The notes: generated by a model from the sequence alone, not told the origin. 64,000 nucleotides of DNA from Candidatus Avelusimicrobium vaccinum (GCA_902794895.1 CADBIY010000005.1:1-64000), one strand, 5' to 3'; shown: positions 47,869 through 57,246, counted from the first letter of the stretch. A program made the numbers and translations.

Positions 47869-48390
47869 ATGAAGAAAATTGCTTTAGTAGCGGTCGCATT
47901 ATTCATTGCGTTCCCCGCTGTCGCAGCACAACAAAATGGTGTACTGAAATTGTCTCTGTGGGATCAAACTGCCATTGCAGCCCCCAATAATACCCAAGAT
48001 GTATCCGGGTTAGATTTTGGAATCGGCTCCAAAACCGCTACCGTAACCGGTTTACAATTGGATTTAATTTGGGCCGAAACTTCCTATAATTTAAAAGGGG
48101 TCAGCCATGCCTGGTTAGTAAGCATGGCCAACGATGTAAAAGGGCTACAACTGGCTGCTTTTGTAAAAGGAAACGAAGTAACCGGTGTGCAAATGGGGCT
48201 GGTTAATTTAACCAATTCAATCAACGGATTGCAATTTGGTTTTTTTAATCAAACAGATTACTTACATGGTGTACAATTTGGATTTGTCAACTACGCACGC
48301 GACCTTGACCAAGGCCTCCAACTCGGCTTACTCAACATAGCCGAAAATGGTTTTGTACCGGTTATGGTATTTGTAAACGGACGTTTTTAA
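47869..48390 (+). CDS. Exported repeat protein with G-[LV]-Q-x-G-x-x-N units, paralog 1
   Basis: Signal peptide, 173 aa, repeated GLQLD/GVQMGLVN/GLQFGFFN/GVQFGFVN/GLQLGLLN units, C-terminal ...VNGRF. Confidence 0.7.
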   Translation: MKKIALVAVALFIAFPAVAAQQNGVLKLSLWDQTAIAAPNNTQDVSGLDFGIGSKTATVTGLQLDLIWAETSYNLKGVSHAWLVSMANDVKGLQLAAFVKGNEVTGVQMGLVNLTNSINGLQFGFFNQTDYLHGVQFGFVNYARDLDQGLQLGLLNIAENGFVPVMVFVNGRF

Positions 48391-48418
48391 GTTGTATATA
48401 TAAAGGAGAAAAAAGTAC

Positions 48419-48940
48419 ATGAAAAAACTAGCAGTATTATTAGCCGCTGTACTCTGCGCCGCTCCAGTTTTTGCGGGTGACACCGGCATCCTCAAATTGT
48501 CCCTCTGGGGCGATATTGCCGTAGCCGTTCCCAACAACAAAGCCCATGTAACGGGTATTGATTTGGGTATCGGTTCTACCACCGAACAGGTAGACGGTGT
48601 ACAAGTGGATTTAATCTACTCCAACGCCGGTACCGTTCGCGGTCTTAACGACGCGTGGATCTTTGCTAAATCCGATACGATCTACGGGTTACAAAACGCG
48701 TTAGTCACCGTCAACGAAAGTAAAGTGATGGGTGTGCAAGCCGGTTGGATTAACTTGGCTCACGGCGAAGTAACCGGTGCGCAACTGGGTTTATATAACC
48801 AAGTAGAAGACTTACACGGTTTACAATTTGGTTTAGTAAACAACGCCCGCCACATCAGCAAAGGGTTACAAATCGGTTTAGTCAACATCGCTAAAAACGG
48901 TTGGTTCCCGGTGATGGTGCTTGTCAACGGCCGCTTCTAA
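48419..48940 (+). CDS. Exported repeat protein with G-[LV]-Q-x-G-x-x-N units, paralog 2
   Basis: Same length (173 aa) and collinear with paralog 1. Shared blocks include LKLSLW, GIGS, PVMV-VNGRF. Followed by a terminator at 48963-48993. Confidence 0.7.
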   Translation: MKKLAVLLAAVLCAAPVFAGDTGILKLSLWGDIAVAVPNNKAHVTGIDLGIGSTTEQVDGVQVDLIYSNAGTVRGLNDAWIFAKSDTIYGLQNALVTVNESKVMGVQAGWINLAHGEVTGAQLGLYNQVEDLHGLQFGLVNNARHISKGLQIGLVNIAKNGWFPVMVLVNGRF

Positions 48941-48994
48941 TTACAAGCGTTCTTTGATTTAAACGCCTGCGTTTGTACACGCGGGCGTTTTTTA

Positions 48995-49003
48995 TGCTAT
49001 AAT
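48995..49003 (+). promoter_or_regulatory. Extended -10 TGCTATAAT for rpsB, implying a ~120-nt 5' leader
   Basis: Read directly after the upstream terminator. The ATG is at 49132. Confidence 0.45.
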
Positions 49004-49131
49004 GAGTGTAGGTGAAACTGAGCAGAAACGCGCAACCAGTTTGTAAATTCAAGCGTATTCTGACGTCACCCGGGCAACCGCTACCAAGGGATCCTCACCC
49101 TTAATTTAGGCGCGCGCCACAGGAGAAAACA

Positions 49132-50175
49132 ATGAGTAATGTATCAATGAAAGCCATGTTGGAAGCCGGTGTGCACTTTGGCCACCAAACTTCCCGCTGG
49201 AATCCGAAAATGGGACGTTTTATCTTTGGAGAAAGAAACGGCGTCCATATCTTAGACTTACAAAAAACCGCTAAAGAACTTAAAAAAGCCTGCGCTTTTA
49301 TTAAAGAAGAAAGCAAAAAAGGTGCAAAATTTTTGTTCGTCGGTACTAAAAAGCAAGCCCAAGAAGCCATCCAAGCCGAAGCAGCCCGCTGCGGTGCTTA
49401 TTGCATTCACGAAAAATGGCTCGGTGGCACGTTAACTAACTTCCAAACCGTTAAAAAATCCGTAGAACGGATGAACGAATTGGAAAAATGGGAAGCCTCC
49501 GGCGTTTTTAAAGCAATTTCTAAAAAAGAAGCCAGCCGCTTAACCAAAGAACTCGTGCGCTTACAAAAATTACTGGGTGGCATCCGCGATATGAAAGTAC
49601 TCCCGGATGTGGTCTTTGTCATTGACCCGGTAGATACTGCCGGTGCCGTGCGCGAATCTTACACGTTAGGAATCCCGGTTGTTGCGGTTTGTGATACCAA
49701 TGCCGACCCCGATATGATCACCGTCCCGGTTCCCGGTAACGACGATGCAGCCCGCTCTATCAAATTATTCTGCGCTGCAATTGCAGATTCTATCTTAGAA
49801 GGGCGCGAAGAAGCCAACCCGGCTCCTGCCGCCACGGAAGATAAACCGGCTGAAAACCCGGTAATGGCTCAAGCCTTTGAATCGGCTATGCTCGCCGCTG
49901 AAAAAGAAGAAGCCGCTCAGGAAGAAACGGTAGCCGAAAAAGAAGTAGTAGCGGAAGAAGCCCCGGTAGAAGAAGTACAACCCGCAGAAGAAAAACCGGC
50001 TCCGGCTGAAGAAGCGGAAGAAAAACCGGCTAAAAAAACTGCCGCTAAAAAAACAACCGCTAAAAAAACCACTACTAAAAAAACGACGACTGCTAAAAAA
50101 ACAACCGCTAAAAAAGCCACTGCCAAAACAAAAAAAGCGGAAGTAAAAGAAGAAGCCGCCGAAGAAGCAAAATAA
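49132..50175 (+). CDS. rpsB: 30S ribosomal protein S2 with a ~120-aa low-complexity C-terminal extension
   Basis: Conserved core [19 protein letters not shown]...; after ~residue 225 comes an acidic E/A/P segment and then KKT(T)A repeats. Confidence 0.9.
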   Translation: MSNVSMKAMLEAGVHFGHQTSRWNPKMGRFIFGERNGVHILDLQKTAKELKKACAFIKEESKKGAKFLFVGTKKQAQEAIQAEAARCGAYCIHEKWLGGTLTNFQTVKKSVERMNELEKWEASGVFKAISKKEASRLTKELVRLQKLLGGIRDMKVLPDVVFVIDPVDTAGAVRESYTLGIPVVAVCDTNADPDMITVPVPGNDDAARSIKLFCAAIADSILEGREEANPAPAATEDKPAENPVMAQAFESAMLAAEKEEAAQEETVAEKEVVAEEAPVEEVQPAEEKPAPAEEAEEKPAKKTAAKKTTAKKTTTKKTTTAKKTTAKKATAKTKKAEVKEEAAEEAK

Positions 50176-50183
50176 GTCTTTGC

Positions 50184-50211
50184 GAAAGTTCCCGCCCTTG
50201 CGGGAACTTTC
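50184..50211 (+). promoter_or_regulatory. Strong 12-bp hairpin between rpsB and tsf (possible attenuator or processing site; no U-run)
   Basis: GAAAGTTCCCGC-CCTT-GCGGGAACTTTC. Confidence 0.4.
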
Positions 50212-50244
50212 CTACGATTTAATCTAATTACAGGAGAAAATCCC

Positions 50245-51066
50245 ATGTCTTTAATGGACGATATTAAAACTTTAAGAGAAAAAACCGGTGCCGGTATGAT
50301 GGACTGCAAAAAAGCACTGGCCGAAAGCAATAACGATATGGAACAAGCCGTCGTTTATTTGCGCAAAAAAGGCTTAGCCGCTATGGCCAAACGCGCTGAC
50401 CGCGCCACCAAAGAAGGCCGCGTAGCCGTTAAAACCAACGGGACCAATATTGCGATGGCTTACATCGGTTGCGAGACGGACTTTGTAGCCAAAACGGATG
50501 CTTTTATCCAACTAGCCGAAGATTTAACCCAATATGTATTGGAACACCCCGGCATTGATTATGCCAATGATGAATATATCAAAGGGCAAATTACGGAAAA
50601 AGCGCCGAAATTCGGGGAAAACACCACCTTCAAAGGCGGTTATAACTGGACGCCGTCCGCCAATGCCGTTCTATCCTATTATGTACACTCGGACAACAAA
50701 AAGGCCTCTATTTTGGAACTTTCCTATACCGGTAACGCAGATGTTAACGCGGTAAAAGAAATTGCCCGCGGTCTTGCCATGCACACCGTTGGTATGCAAA
50801 GCAGCTGGGTAGATGCCAAAGACATTCCGCAAGAAGTCATTGATAAAGAACTCGACATCTACAAAACCCAAGCCTTAAACGAAGGCAAACCGGAAGCCGC
50901 CATTGAAAAAATGTTGCCCGGCAAAGTAAAAAAATTCGCCAAAGAAAACTGCCTTTTGGAACAACCGACCATTAAAGACAACAAAAAAACCGTTGCCGAC
51001 TTTTTGGCCGAAGAATCCAAACGTTTAGGCACTGAACTTAAAGTAGTACGTTTTGTACGCTTTTAA
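50245..51066 (+). CDS. tsf: Elongation factor Ts
   Basis: LREKTGAGMMDCKKAL UBA-like N-terminus; 273 aa, downstream of rpsB. Confidence 0.95.
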   Translation: MSLMDDIKTLREKTGAGMMDCKKALAESNNDMEQAVVYLRKKGLAAMAKRADRATKEGRVAVKTNGTNIAMAYIGCETDFVAKTDAFIQLAEDLTQYVLEHPGIDYANDEYIKGQITEKAPKFGENTTFKGGYNWTPSANAVLSYYVHSDNKKASILELSYTGNADVNAVKEIARGLAMHTVGMQSSWVDAKDIPQEVIDKELDIYKTQALNEGKPEAAIEKMLPGKVKKFAKENCLLEQPTIKDNKKTVADFLAEESKRLGTELKVVRFVRF

Positions 51067-51072
51067 TTCAAA

Positions 51073-51098
51073 GCCCCTCGCAAGAGGGGCTTTTTTTT
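51073..51098 (+). terminator. Intrinsic terminator after tsf
   Basis: GCCCCTC-GCAA-GAGGGGC-TTTTTTTT. Confidence 0.8.
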
Positions 51099-51174
51099 AA
51101 GCACATGGCCAAGTGTGTTTAAGAAAAAGTCCTTTTTGTGCTACAATAATAGAAATATTGGAAGGAGAAAAAAT

Positions 51175-51903
51175 ATGAAACCCTGCTGCCAACATGAAAA
51201 AAAGAAACGGATTTTACTTAAACTTTCCGGCGAAGCATTAAGCACGGAAGGACACCGCGGCATTAACCCCCAATCCTTAAAAGAAATCGCGGTAGAAATT
51301 GCCCAAGCCTATCAAAAATCGAACTGCGAACTAACCATTGTGATTGGCGGAGGCAACATCTGGCGCGGAGTGCGCGATGGCGGCGGAGTGATTGACCGTG
51401 TCAATTCCGACAGTATGGGAATGCTCGCCACCGTCATTAACGCGATTGCCTTGCAGTCTGCTATTGAAGAAGCCGGTGTGCCGACCCGGGTATTAACGTC
51501 TGTCAACATTTACCAACTGGCTGAGCCGTTCGTGCGCCGAAAAGCCCTGCGCCATTTAGAAAAAGGACGTATTGTGATTTTTGCCGGAGGGACCGGAAAC
51601 CCTTTCTTTACCACTGACAGTGCCGCGGCTTTGCGCGCCAGTGAAATCAATGCAGACGTGCTTTTAAAAGCCACGCAAGTAGACGGTGTGTATGACAGCG
51701 ATCCGCGCAAAAACCCGGATGCTAAACTGATTCACAAAATTTCTTATGCCGAAGCCATTGAAAAAAGACTTCAATTTATGGATACAGCCGCTTTAGCCCT
51801 TTGCATGGAAAAACAACTGCCTTTGCAAGTTTTTAATTTGCACAAAAAAGGCAATATTGAAAAAGCCCTATGCGGCGAAGAAATCGGTACGATAATTTAT
51901 TAA
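51175..51903 (+). CDS. pyrH: UMP kinase
   Basis: RILLKLSGEAL and IFAGGTGNPFFTTD motifs. SD GGAAGGAGA before the ATG at 51175. Confidence 0.95.
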   Translation: MKPCCQHEKKKRILLKLSGEALSTEGHRGINPQSLKEIAVEIAQAYQKSNCELTIVIGGGNIWRGVRDGGGVIDRVNSDSMGMLATVINAIALQSAIEEAGVPTRVLTSVNIYQLAEPFVRRKALRHLEKGRIVIFAGGTGNPFFTTDSAAALRASEINADVLLKATQVDGVYDSDPRKNPDAKLIHKISYAEAIEKRLQFMDTAALALCMEKQLPLQVFNLHKKGNIEKALCGEEIGTIIY

Positions 51904-51905
51904 AT

Positions 51906-51914
51906 TGCTATAAT
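51906..51914 (+). promoter_or_regulatory. Extended -10 TGCTATAAT upstream of frr
   Basis: Lies immediately after the pyrH stop. The leader carries SD AGAGGA. Confidence 0.4.
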
Positions 51915-51942
51915 AAAAGAAACTTAATACACAGAGGAACTT

Positions 51943-52506
51943 ATGGAAGCTATTACCGCTTTACTTAGCAAAACAAAAACAAACATGGCCGAACATATCG
52001 CCCGGTTGGAACGAGACTTATCCACCATCCGCACCGGACGAGCCAGCGCGGGACTGTTGGAAAACATCCGCGTAGATTATTACGGCACGCCGACTCCCAT
52101 CAAACAGATGGCAATGATTAACATTTTAGACGCCAAAACCTTGGAAGTGCAACCGTGGGATATTTCCTCCTTAAAAGATATTGACACGGCTCTCCAGAAA
52201 GCCGATCTTGGCGCCAGCCCGGTTAACGACGGAAAAGTCATCCGCATTACGCTTCCGTCCATGACCGAAGACCGCCGTAAACAATTAGCGAAAAATATTT
52301 CCAAAATGAGCGAAGACTTTAAAGTATCTGTTCGTAACGAACGCCGCGACGTATTGGAAAAATTGAAAAAAGCCCAAAAGGCCGGCGAAATTACCGAAGA
52401 TGATTTAAAACGCTATGAAGGCGACGTGCAAAAAGCCACGGATGCCTCCATTGCTCAAATTGAACAAGTCATCAAGAAAAAAGAAGACGAAATCATGAAA
52501 ATCTAG
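51943..52506 (+). CDS. frr: Ribosome recycling factor
   Basis: 187 aa, LSTIRTGRAS motif, conserved position. Confidence 0.95.
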   Translation: MEAITALLSKTKTNMAEHIARLERDLSTIRTGRASAGLLENIRVDYYGTPTPIKQMAMINILDAKTLEVQPWDISSLKDIDTALQKADLGASPVNDGKVIRITLPSMTEDRRKQLAKNISKMSEDFKVSVRNERRDVLEKLKKAQKAGEITEDDLKRYEGDVQKATDASIAQIEQVIKKKEDEIMKI

Positions 52507-52552
52507 TGCTCGCCGCACTGGCGACCCAAGGCGCAACCTTACATTTCATTGG

Positions 52553-52583
52553 AGCCACACCATTTTTACGGTGTGGCTTTTTA
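52553..52583 (+). terminator. Intrinsic terminator after frr
   Basis: AGCCACACC-ATTTTTAC-GGTGTGGCT-TTTT. Confidence 0.75.
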
Positions 52584-52624
52584 ATATAGGAGTACTTCTT
52601 TTTGTTTAATCTTATTAAAAAAGA

Positions 52625-52630
52625 TAAAAT
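52625..52630 (+). promoter_or_regulatory. -10 TAAAAT, 6 nt upstream of the uppS ATG at 52637 (leaderless candidate)
   Basis: TAAAAT-GTATTT-ATGTCTAAA; no SD. Confidence 0.4.
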
Positions 52631-52636
52631 GTATTT

Positions 52637-53326
52637 ATGTCTAAAAATAAAATACCCTCCCATGTAGCCATTATCATGGACGGAAACGGTCGCTGGGCCC
52701 AGCAAAAACATTTGCCACGTCTAGCCGGGCATCACGCCGGGGCCAAGGCGGTGCGCCGCACGATTGAAGCCGCCGGCAAGGCGGGTATTTCGTTTTTAAC
52801 CTTATATGCTTTTTCCACGGAAAACTGGTCCCGCCCGCAAGAAGAAATAGACGGACTTATGAAACTACTGGCCCAGTCGCTGGACGAGTACGCCAAGGAA
52901 GCGGCAGAAAAGAATATTCGCCTTTGGGTAAGCGGCGAACGGGAACCGCTCCCCCCTTCCATTTTGCAACGGATTGATAAAACGGTAGCCGCAACCGCCC
53001 AAAATACCGGCCTTACGCTTAATTTGGCACTCAACTATGGAGCCCGGCAAGAAATTATACGGGCGGTTAACCAACTTCTTGCCCAAGGGAAAAAACAAAT
53101 TTCTGCGCAAGATATTGAGGCCCATTTATATCACCCGGATTTACCAGCCCCGGAACTGATTATCCGCACGTCGGGAGAAGAAAGGTTATCTAACTTCCTT
53201 TTGTGGCAAGCCGCTTATAGCGAGTTTTACTTTACTCCGGTGTTATGGCCGGATTTTGATGAACATGAATTTCAAAAAGCACTCCTTGCTTACCAGCACC
53301 GCAAACGCCGCTTCGGAGGAATTTAA
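52637..53326 (+). CDS. uppS: Undecaprenyl diphosphate synthase
   Basis: HVAIIMDGNGRWA and ELIIRTSGEERLSNFLLWQ motifs. Confidence 0.95.
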   Translation: MSKNKIPSHVAIIMDGNGRWAQQKHLPRLAGHHAGAKAVRRTIEAAGKAGISFLTLYAFSTENWSRPQEEIDGLMKLLAQSLDEYAKEAAEKNIRLWVSGEREPLPPSILQRIDKTVAATAQNTGLTLNLALNYGARQEIIRAVNQLLAQGKKQISAQDIEAHLYHPDLPAPELIIRTSGEERLSNFLLWQAAYSEFYFTPVLWPDFDEHEFQKALLAYQHRKRRFGGI

Positions 53327-54039
53327 TGGAAAATCCTCCTTATGCACAAGCCGAAGAACTCCTTCGGCAAATTCATAATTTTTCTTCCACAACATTTAAA
53401 AAACAAATGCAGATGCGCTTTGGTATTAATACGGAGCGTGCGGTTGGTACTCCGGTTACGAAACTGCGCCAAATTGCCAAAAAAATTGAAAAACCCAACC
53501 AACCGCTTGCGGATTTATTATGGGAAAGCGGCATACATGAAGCACGTATTTTAGCGGCAATTTTGGCTGATCCGGCTCATATCACACACGCCCAACTCAA
53601 TCAATGGGTAGCCGAATTAAACTCTTGGGATATTTGTGATGCGTGTGCGTGCCATTTATTTTCCAAAGTGAAAACTCCGTTAAAATTGGCGGAACGATGG
53701 ATTAAACAGGAGAAAGAATTTACCCGACGGGCCGGTTTTGCCACCTTATGTTTTTTAGCCGCTCCCCGCGCGCATACGTCCGACAAAGATTTACTAAAAC
53801 TCCTTCCTCTTGTAAAAATCCATGCGGCAGATTCGCGCCCCATGGTATTTAAAGCCGTGAATTGGACACTACGCAGTATCGGCAAGAAAAACCCTCATTT
53901 AACCCCCTATGCAATCGCCTGTGCCCACGAAATTTTAGATTTATACGAAGATAATAAAACCGCTCAATGGGTAGCCAAAAATGCGTTGTGGGAGTTAAAT
54001 TCCCCCAAAACAAAAGCCATGATTGCCCGGCGCGGCTAA
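53326..54039 (+). CDS. DNA alkylation repair protein (AlkD-like HEAT-repeat family)
   Basis: 237 aa with W-x-x-x-DxC and NWTLRSIGKKNP-type segments typical of the DNA alkylation repair family. The start overlaps the uppS stop (TAATG). Confidence 0.65.
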   Translation: MENPPYAQAEELLRQIHNFSSTTFKKQMQMRFGINTERAVGTPVTKLRQIAKKIEKPNQPLADLLWESGIHEARILAAILADPAHITHAQLNQWVAELNSWDICDACACHLFSKVKTPLKLAERWIKQEKEFTRRAGFATLCFLAAPRAHTSDKDLLKLLPLVKIHAADSRPMVFKAVNWTLRSIGKKNPHLTPYAIACAHEILDLYEDNKTAQWVAKNALWELNSPKTKAMIARRG

Positions 54040-54079
54040 TCTTCCGTACTTCTTCGCGCTCGCGCGTACGAAAATATAG

Positions 54080-54085
54080 TAAAAT
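54080..54085 (+). promoter_or_regulatory. -10 TAAAAT, 7 nt upstream of the cdsA ATG at 54093 (leaderless candidate)
   Basis: TAAAAT-AGAATAT-ATGCTATTA; no SD. Confidence 0.4.
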
Positions 54086-54092
54086 AGAATAT

Positions 54093-54920
54093 ATGCTATT
54101 ACCCAGAATTTTAACTGCCCTGATTGGGATCCCCGTTATTATTGCCGCCATTCATTTTGGCGGTGTGGTTTACTTGGCTTTTATCGGCTGTGTAATCCTG
54201 CTTTGCTTATACGAGTACGGTTTGATTTTACTCGCCGGGAAAAAACCGGTACACCGGCTGAGCCTTATGCTTTTTGGAACTATTATGGCAGTAGTAGCCT
54301 TACTGGGGCGCGCTCCGGTTCCTAATTTGGAACTTCCGAATCATTTGTACCCGTTTGCAATCAGCGTGGTAATTTTTGGGGTCTTATTTATTGAAGTACT
54401 AACCCCCAAACGCTCATGGGAACGCGTCTGCAATACATTTACCGGAATTTTCCTTATTCCCTGGTCGTTGGCGCATATGATTAATATCCGGGATATAGCC
54501 ACTTATGGCGAATATTTAACCCTTTTTATGATTATTACCGTTTGGGTCAGCGATACCGGTGCTTATTTCTCCGGACGTTTCTTCGGGCGTCACAAACTCA
54601 ATCAGGAAGTCAGCCCCAAAAAAACATGGGAAGGAGCCATTGGAGGCACCTTACTGGCTATTGGCGCAGCAGCCCTGATGCAACATTTATTTTTATCTAC
54701 TTGCTTTACCGTAAAAATTGCATTATGCTTAGGATTATTAATTGCTTTTGTCGGGCAAATTTCGGATTTGGCAGAATCTATCATTAAACGCTCTACCGGC
54801 GTTAAAGATTCCTCCAATCTACTTCCCGGACATGGCGGTTTCTTAGACCGTTTTGACTCCTATTTACTGCTTGCTCCGTTATTTTATTATGTACTTTTAT
54901 ACGTACTGCAAATCAAATGA
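54093..54920 (+). CDS. cdsA: Phosphatidate cytidylyltransferase
   Basis: Multi-TM protein with signature SDTGAYFSGRFFGRHKL...SPKKTWEG...LPGHGGFLDRFDS. The start is set at MLLPRIL. Confidence 0.9.
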   Translation: MLLPRILTALIGIPVIIAAIHFGGVVYLAFIGCVILLCLYEYGLILLAGKKPVHRLSLMLFGTIMAVVALLGRAPVPNLELPNHLYPFAISVVIFGVLFIEVLTPKRSWERVCNTFTGIFLIPWSLAHMINIRDIATYGEYLTLFMIITVWVSDTGAYFSGRFFGRHKLNQEVSPKKTWEGAIGGTLLAIGAAALMQHLFLSTCFTVKIALCLGLLIAFVGQISDLAESIIKRSTGVKDSSNLLPGHGGFLDRFDSYLLLAPLFYYVLLYVLQIK

Positions 54921-56119
54921 CTAAACAAATCGTTATTTTAGGTTCTACTGGCTCGATCGGTACCTCCTCGTTAGATGTTATCGCCCGCTTAGGAAGCGGG
55001 TACAAAGTACTCGCTCTTTCTGCCAACAACAATACGGATTTATTTTTAAAACAACTTCATACGTTTAAACCTAAATTCGCTGCCGTATTAAATCCGGTCA
55101 GTTACGAAAAAATCAAGGATCAAATACCGGTCGGCACCCGTCTTTTACCGCCGGAAATTGACAGTTTATGCTTTATGGCCTCCTTGCCTACCGCCAATTT
55201 AGTCATTAGCGGAGTCGTCGGAGCCGTTGGGTTTCAACCGCTTGTAGCGGCAATTAAGGCTGGAAAAACGATTGCCTTGGCTAATAAAGAACCTATGGTC
55301 ATGGCCGGGAAAACACTCATGAAAGAATGCGACCGTTGGGAAGCGGCTATCTTGCCTGTAGACAGCGAACCTTCCGCTATTTTTCAGTGTTTAGCCGGAA
55401 TGGCCGACGAACATAGTTATCCTAAAATTAGCAAAGATATTTCCAAAATATTCTTAACAGCCTCCGGCGGTCCGTTTGCCAAGCGCAAGGGTTCGCTCTC
55501 CACAGTTACACCGGGCGAGGCATTAAATCATCCACGGTGGCGCATGGGTAAAAAAATTACCATTGATTCCGCTACGCTGATGAATAAAGGATTTGAATCT
55601 ATCGAGATTATGAATCTGTTTAATCTGCCGGAAGAAAAAGTACAAATTGTGATTCATCCGCAATCGATCGTCCATTCCGCCGTAGAATTTAATGACGGTG
55701 CTATCTTAGCCCAAATGGGCGAACCGGATATGCGCGTACCAATTCAGTATGCGATCACCTACCCGCTTCGTAAGCCAAGCCCGGTTGAAAAATTAAATTT
55801 ATTTCAAGCCGCTAAACTGGAATTTTTTGAACCGGATTTGACCCGGTTCCCTTGCTTGGATTTGGCCTTAGCCGCCGCCCGTAACGGAGGCGTTTTACCG
55901 GCGGTTCTCAGTGCGGCTGATGAAATTGCTGTGGAAGCGTTCTTAAAGGAAGAAATTAAATTTACAGATATTCCAAAATTAGTTTATACCATCTTAAAAG
56001 CAGCCCCGCAACGTGCCGGAGTCGCTACGTTGAATCAGGCCCTGGAGGCAGATGCCTGGGCGCGGGAAACGGCGCAGGCCTGCTTAACGGAAAAAACGTA
56101 TAAAAAAGCGTTTATTTAG
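54917..56119 (+). CDS. dxr: 1-deoxy-D-xylulose 5-phosphate reductoisomerase
   Basis: ILGSTGSIGTS N-terminus and NHPRWRMG motif; 400 aa. Confidence 0.95.
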   Translation: MTKQIVILGSTGSIGTSSLDVIARLGSGYKVLALSANNNTDLFLKQLHTFKPKFAAVLNPVSYEKIKDQIPVGTRLLPPEIDSLCFMASLPTANLVISGVVGAVGFQPLVAAIKAGKTIALANKEPMVMAGKTLMKECDRWEAAILPVDSEPSAIFQCLAGMADEHSYPKISKDISKIFLTASGGPFAKRKGSLSTVTPGEALNHPRWRMGKKITIDSATLMNKGFESIEIMNLFNLPEEKVQIVIHPQSIVHSAVEFNDGAILAQMGEPDMRVPIQYAITYPLRKPSPVEKLNLFQAAKLEFFEPDLTRFPCLDLALAAARNGGVLPAVLSAADEIAVEAFLKEEIKFTDIPKLVYTILKAAPQRAGVATLNQALEADAWARETAQACLTEKTYKKAFI

Positions 56120-56127
56120 GAGTGAAT

Positions 56128-57246
56128 ATGTTACTTTCAATTCTTGCTGTATTAGTCGCCTTAAGCCCTATCGTAATCATCCATGAATTCGGGCATTATA
56201 TTGCCTGTCGACTGACCGGCATCCGTGTGAATGAATTTTCCTTTGGATTCGGGAAAATTTTATGGCACAAAAAAATAGGGGATACGGATTATCAGGTGCG
56301 GGCAATCCCTTTTGGAGGTTTTGTAGAACCGGCCGGACCTATGTTTCACCCCCAAGATGCCCCCGAACCGCCTAAGCCCTACGAATTTGCCGCTAAAAAA
56401 TGGTATGCCAAATTTTTTATGGTCGTTAACGGAGCCTTATTTAATTATTTATTAGCAGGGATTATTTTCGGTCTGTTAATTTATATCCAAGGCCGCCCTA
56501 TTACGGATACTACCCAACTTCCGGCCGTTATAGAAACCGTTGCCGAAGGATATCCGGCTGCCAAGATTGATCTAAAACCCGGGGATAAAATTACGGAAAT
56601 AAATGGCACGGCGGTGATGAATTGGAAAGACGTTTCGGATGCACTTGCCACCCGGGAAGGTGCGCTTCATCTTAACTATGAACGCAACGGAAAAAACTTA
56701 TCTGCCACCATACTACCGCAAGATTTTAACGAAAAAGAACCTAAAATTTTAGGAATTACGGTACAAATGGCATTTACTCCGGTGTCGTGGTGGAAAGCCG
56801 CAGGGTGGGGGTTTTACCAATGTTACTATTGGACCAAATTTTCACTCGTTTCATTAGGCCAAAGTTTTGCCAGAAAAAAGGCTCCCGAATTGGCAGGGCC
56901 GATTGGAATTGTCAATGTAATTCATCAAGCAGCACACCGGGGACTTTTAGATTTTGTATTTTTAATTGCCATGTTATCGGTTGCAGTAGGGATGTTTAAT
57001 TTATTTCCAATCCCGATCCTGGACGGTGGATATGCTGTGGTATATCTATGGGAAGGGCTTACCCATAAATTACCGACGGAAAAAACGCTCAATATTGCCG
57101 TCAATTGCGGTCTATATTTATTGATTTTATTGGTTGTGTATGCCTCTTATTCGGATATTAAACGCATTTTCTTTAAGCCCAAAGCGGCCATTGTAGAAAC
57201 CCAAGAGGCCAACCCCTCACAGGAGTCCACCCATGTACAAGACTAG
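56128..57246 (+). CDS. rseP: RIP (site-2) zinc metalloprotease
   Basis: HEFGH motif in the first TM helix, a PDZ segment, and a C-terminal NLFPIPILDGG motif. A GTG at 56122 is an alternative start. Confidence 0.9.
   Translation: MLLSILAVLVALSPIVIIHEFGHYIACRLTGIRVNEFSFGFGKILWHKKIGDTDYQVRAIPFGGFVEPAGPMFHPQDAPEPPKPYEFAAKKWYAKFFMVVNGALFNYLLAGIIFGLLIYIQGRPITDTTQLPAVIETVAEGYPAAKIDLKPGDKITEINGTAVMNWKDVSDALATREGALHLNYERNGKNLSATILPQDFNEKEPKILGITVQMAFTPVSWWKAAGWGFYQCYYWTKFSLVSLGQSFARKKAPELAGPIGIVNVIHQAAHRGLLDFVFLIAMLSVAVGMFNLFPIPILDGGYAVVYLWEGLTHKLPTEKTLNIAVNCGLYLLILLVVYASYSDIKRIFFKPKAAIVETQEANPSQESTHVQD

Noticed and set aside
49917-50330. 137-aa minus-strand ORF overlapping the rpsB 3' end and the tsf 5' end
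   Set aside because: It is an artefact of the low-complexity GAA/AAA-rich rpsB tail read in reverse (F/L/A/S-rich). It spans an intergenic hairpin.
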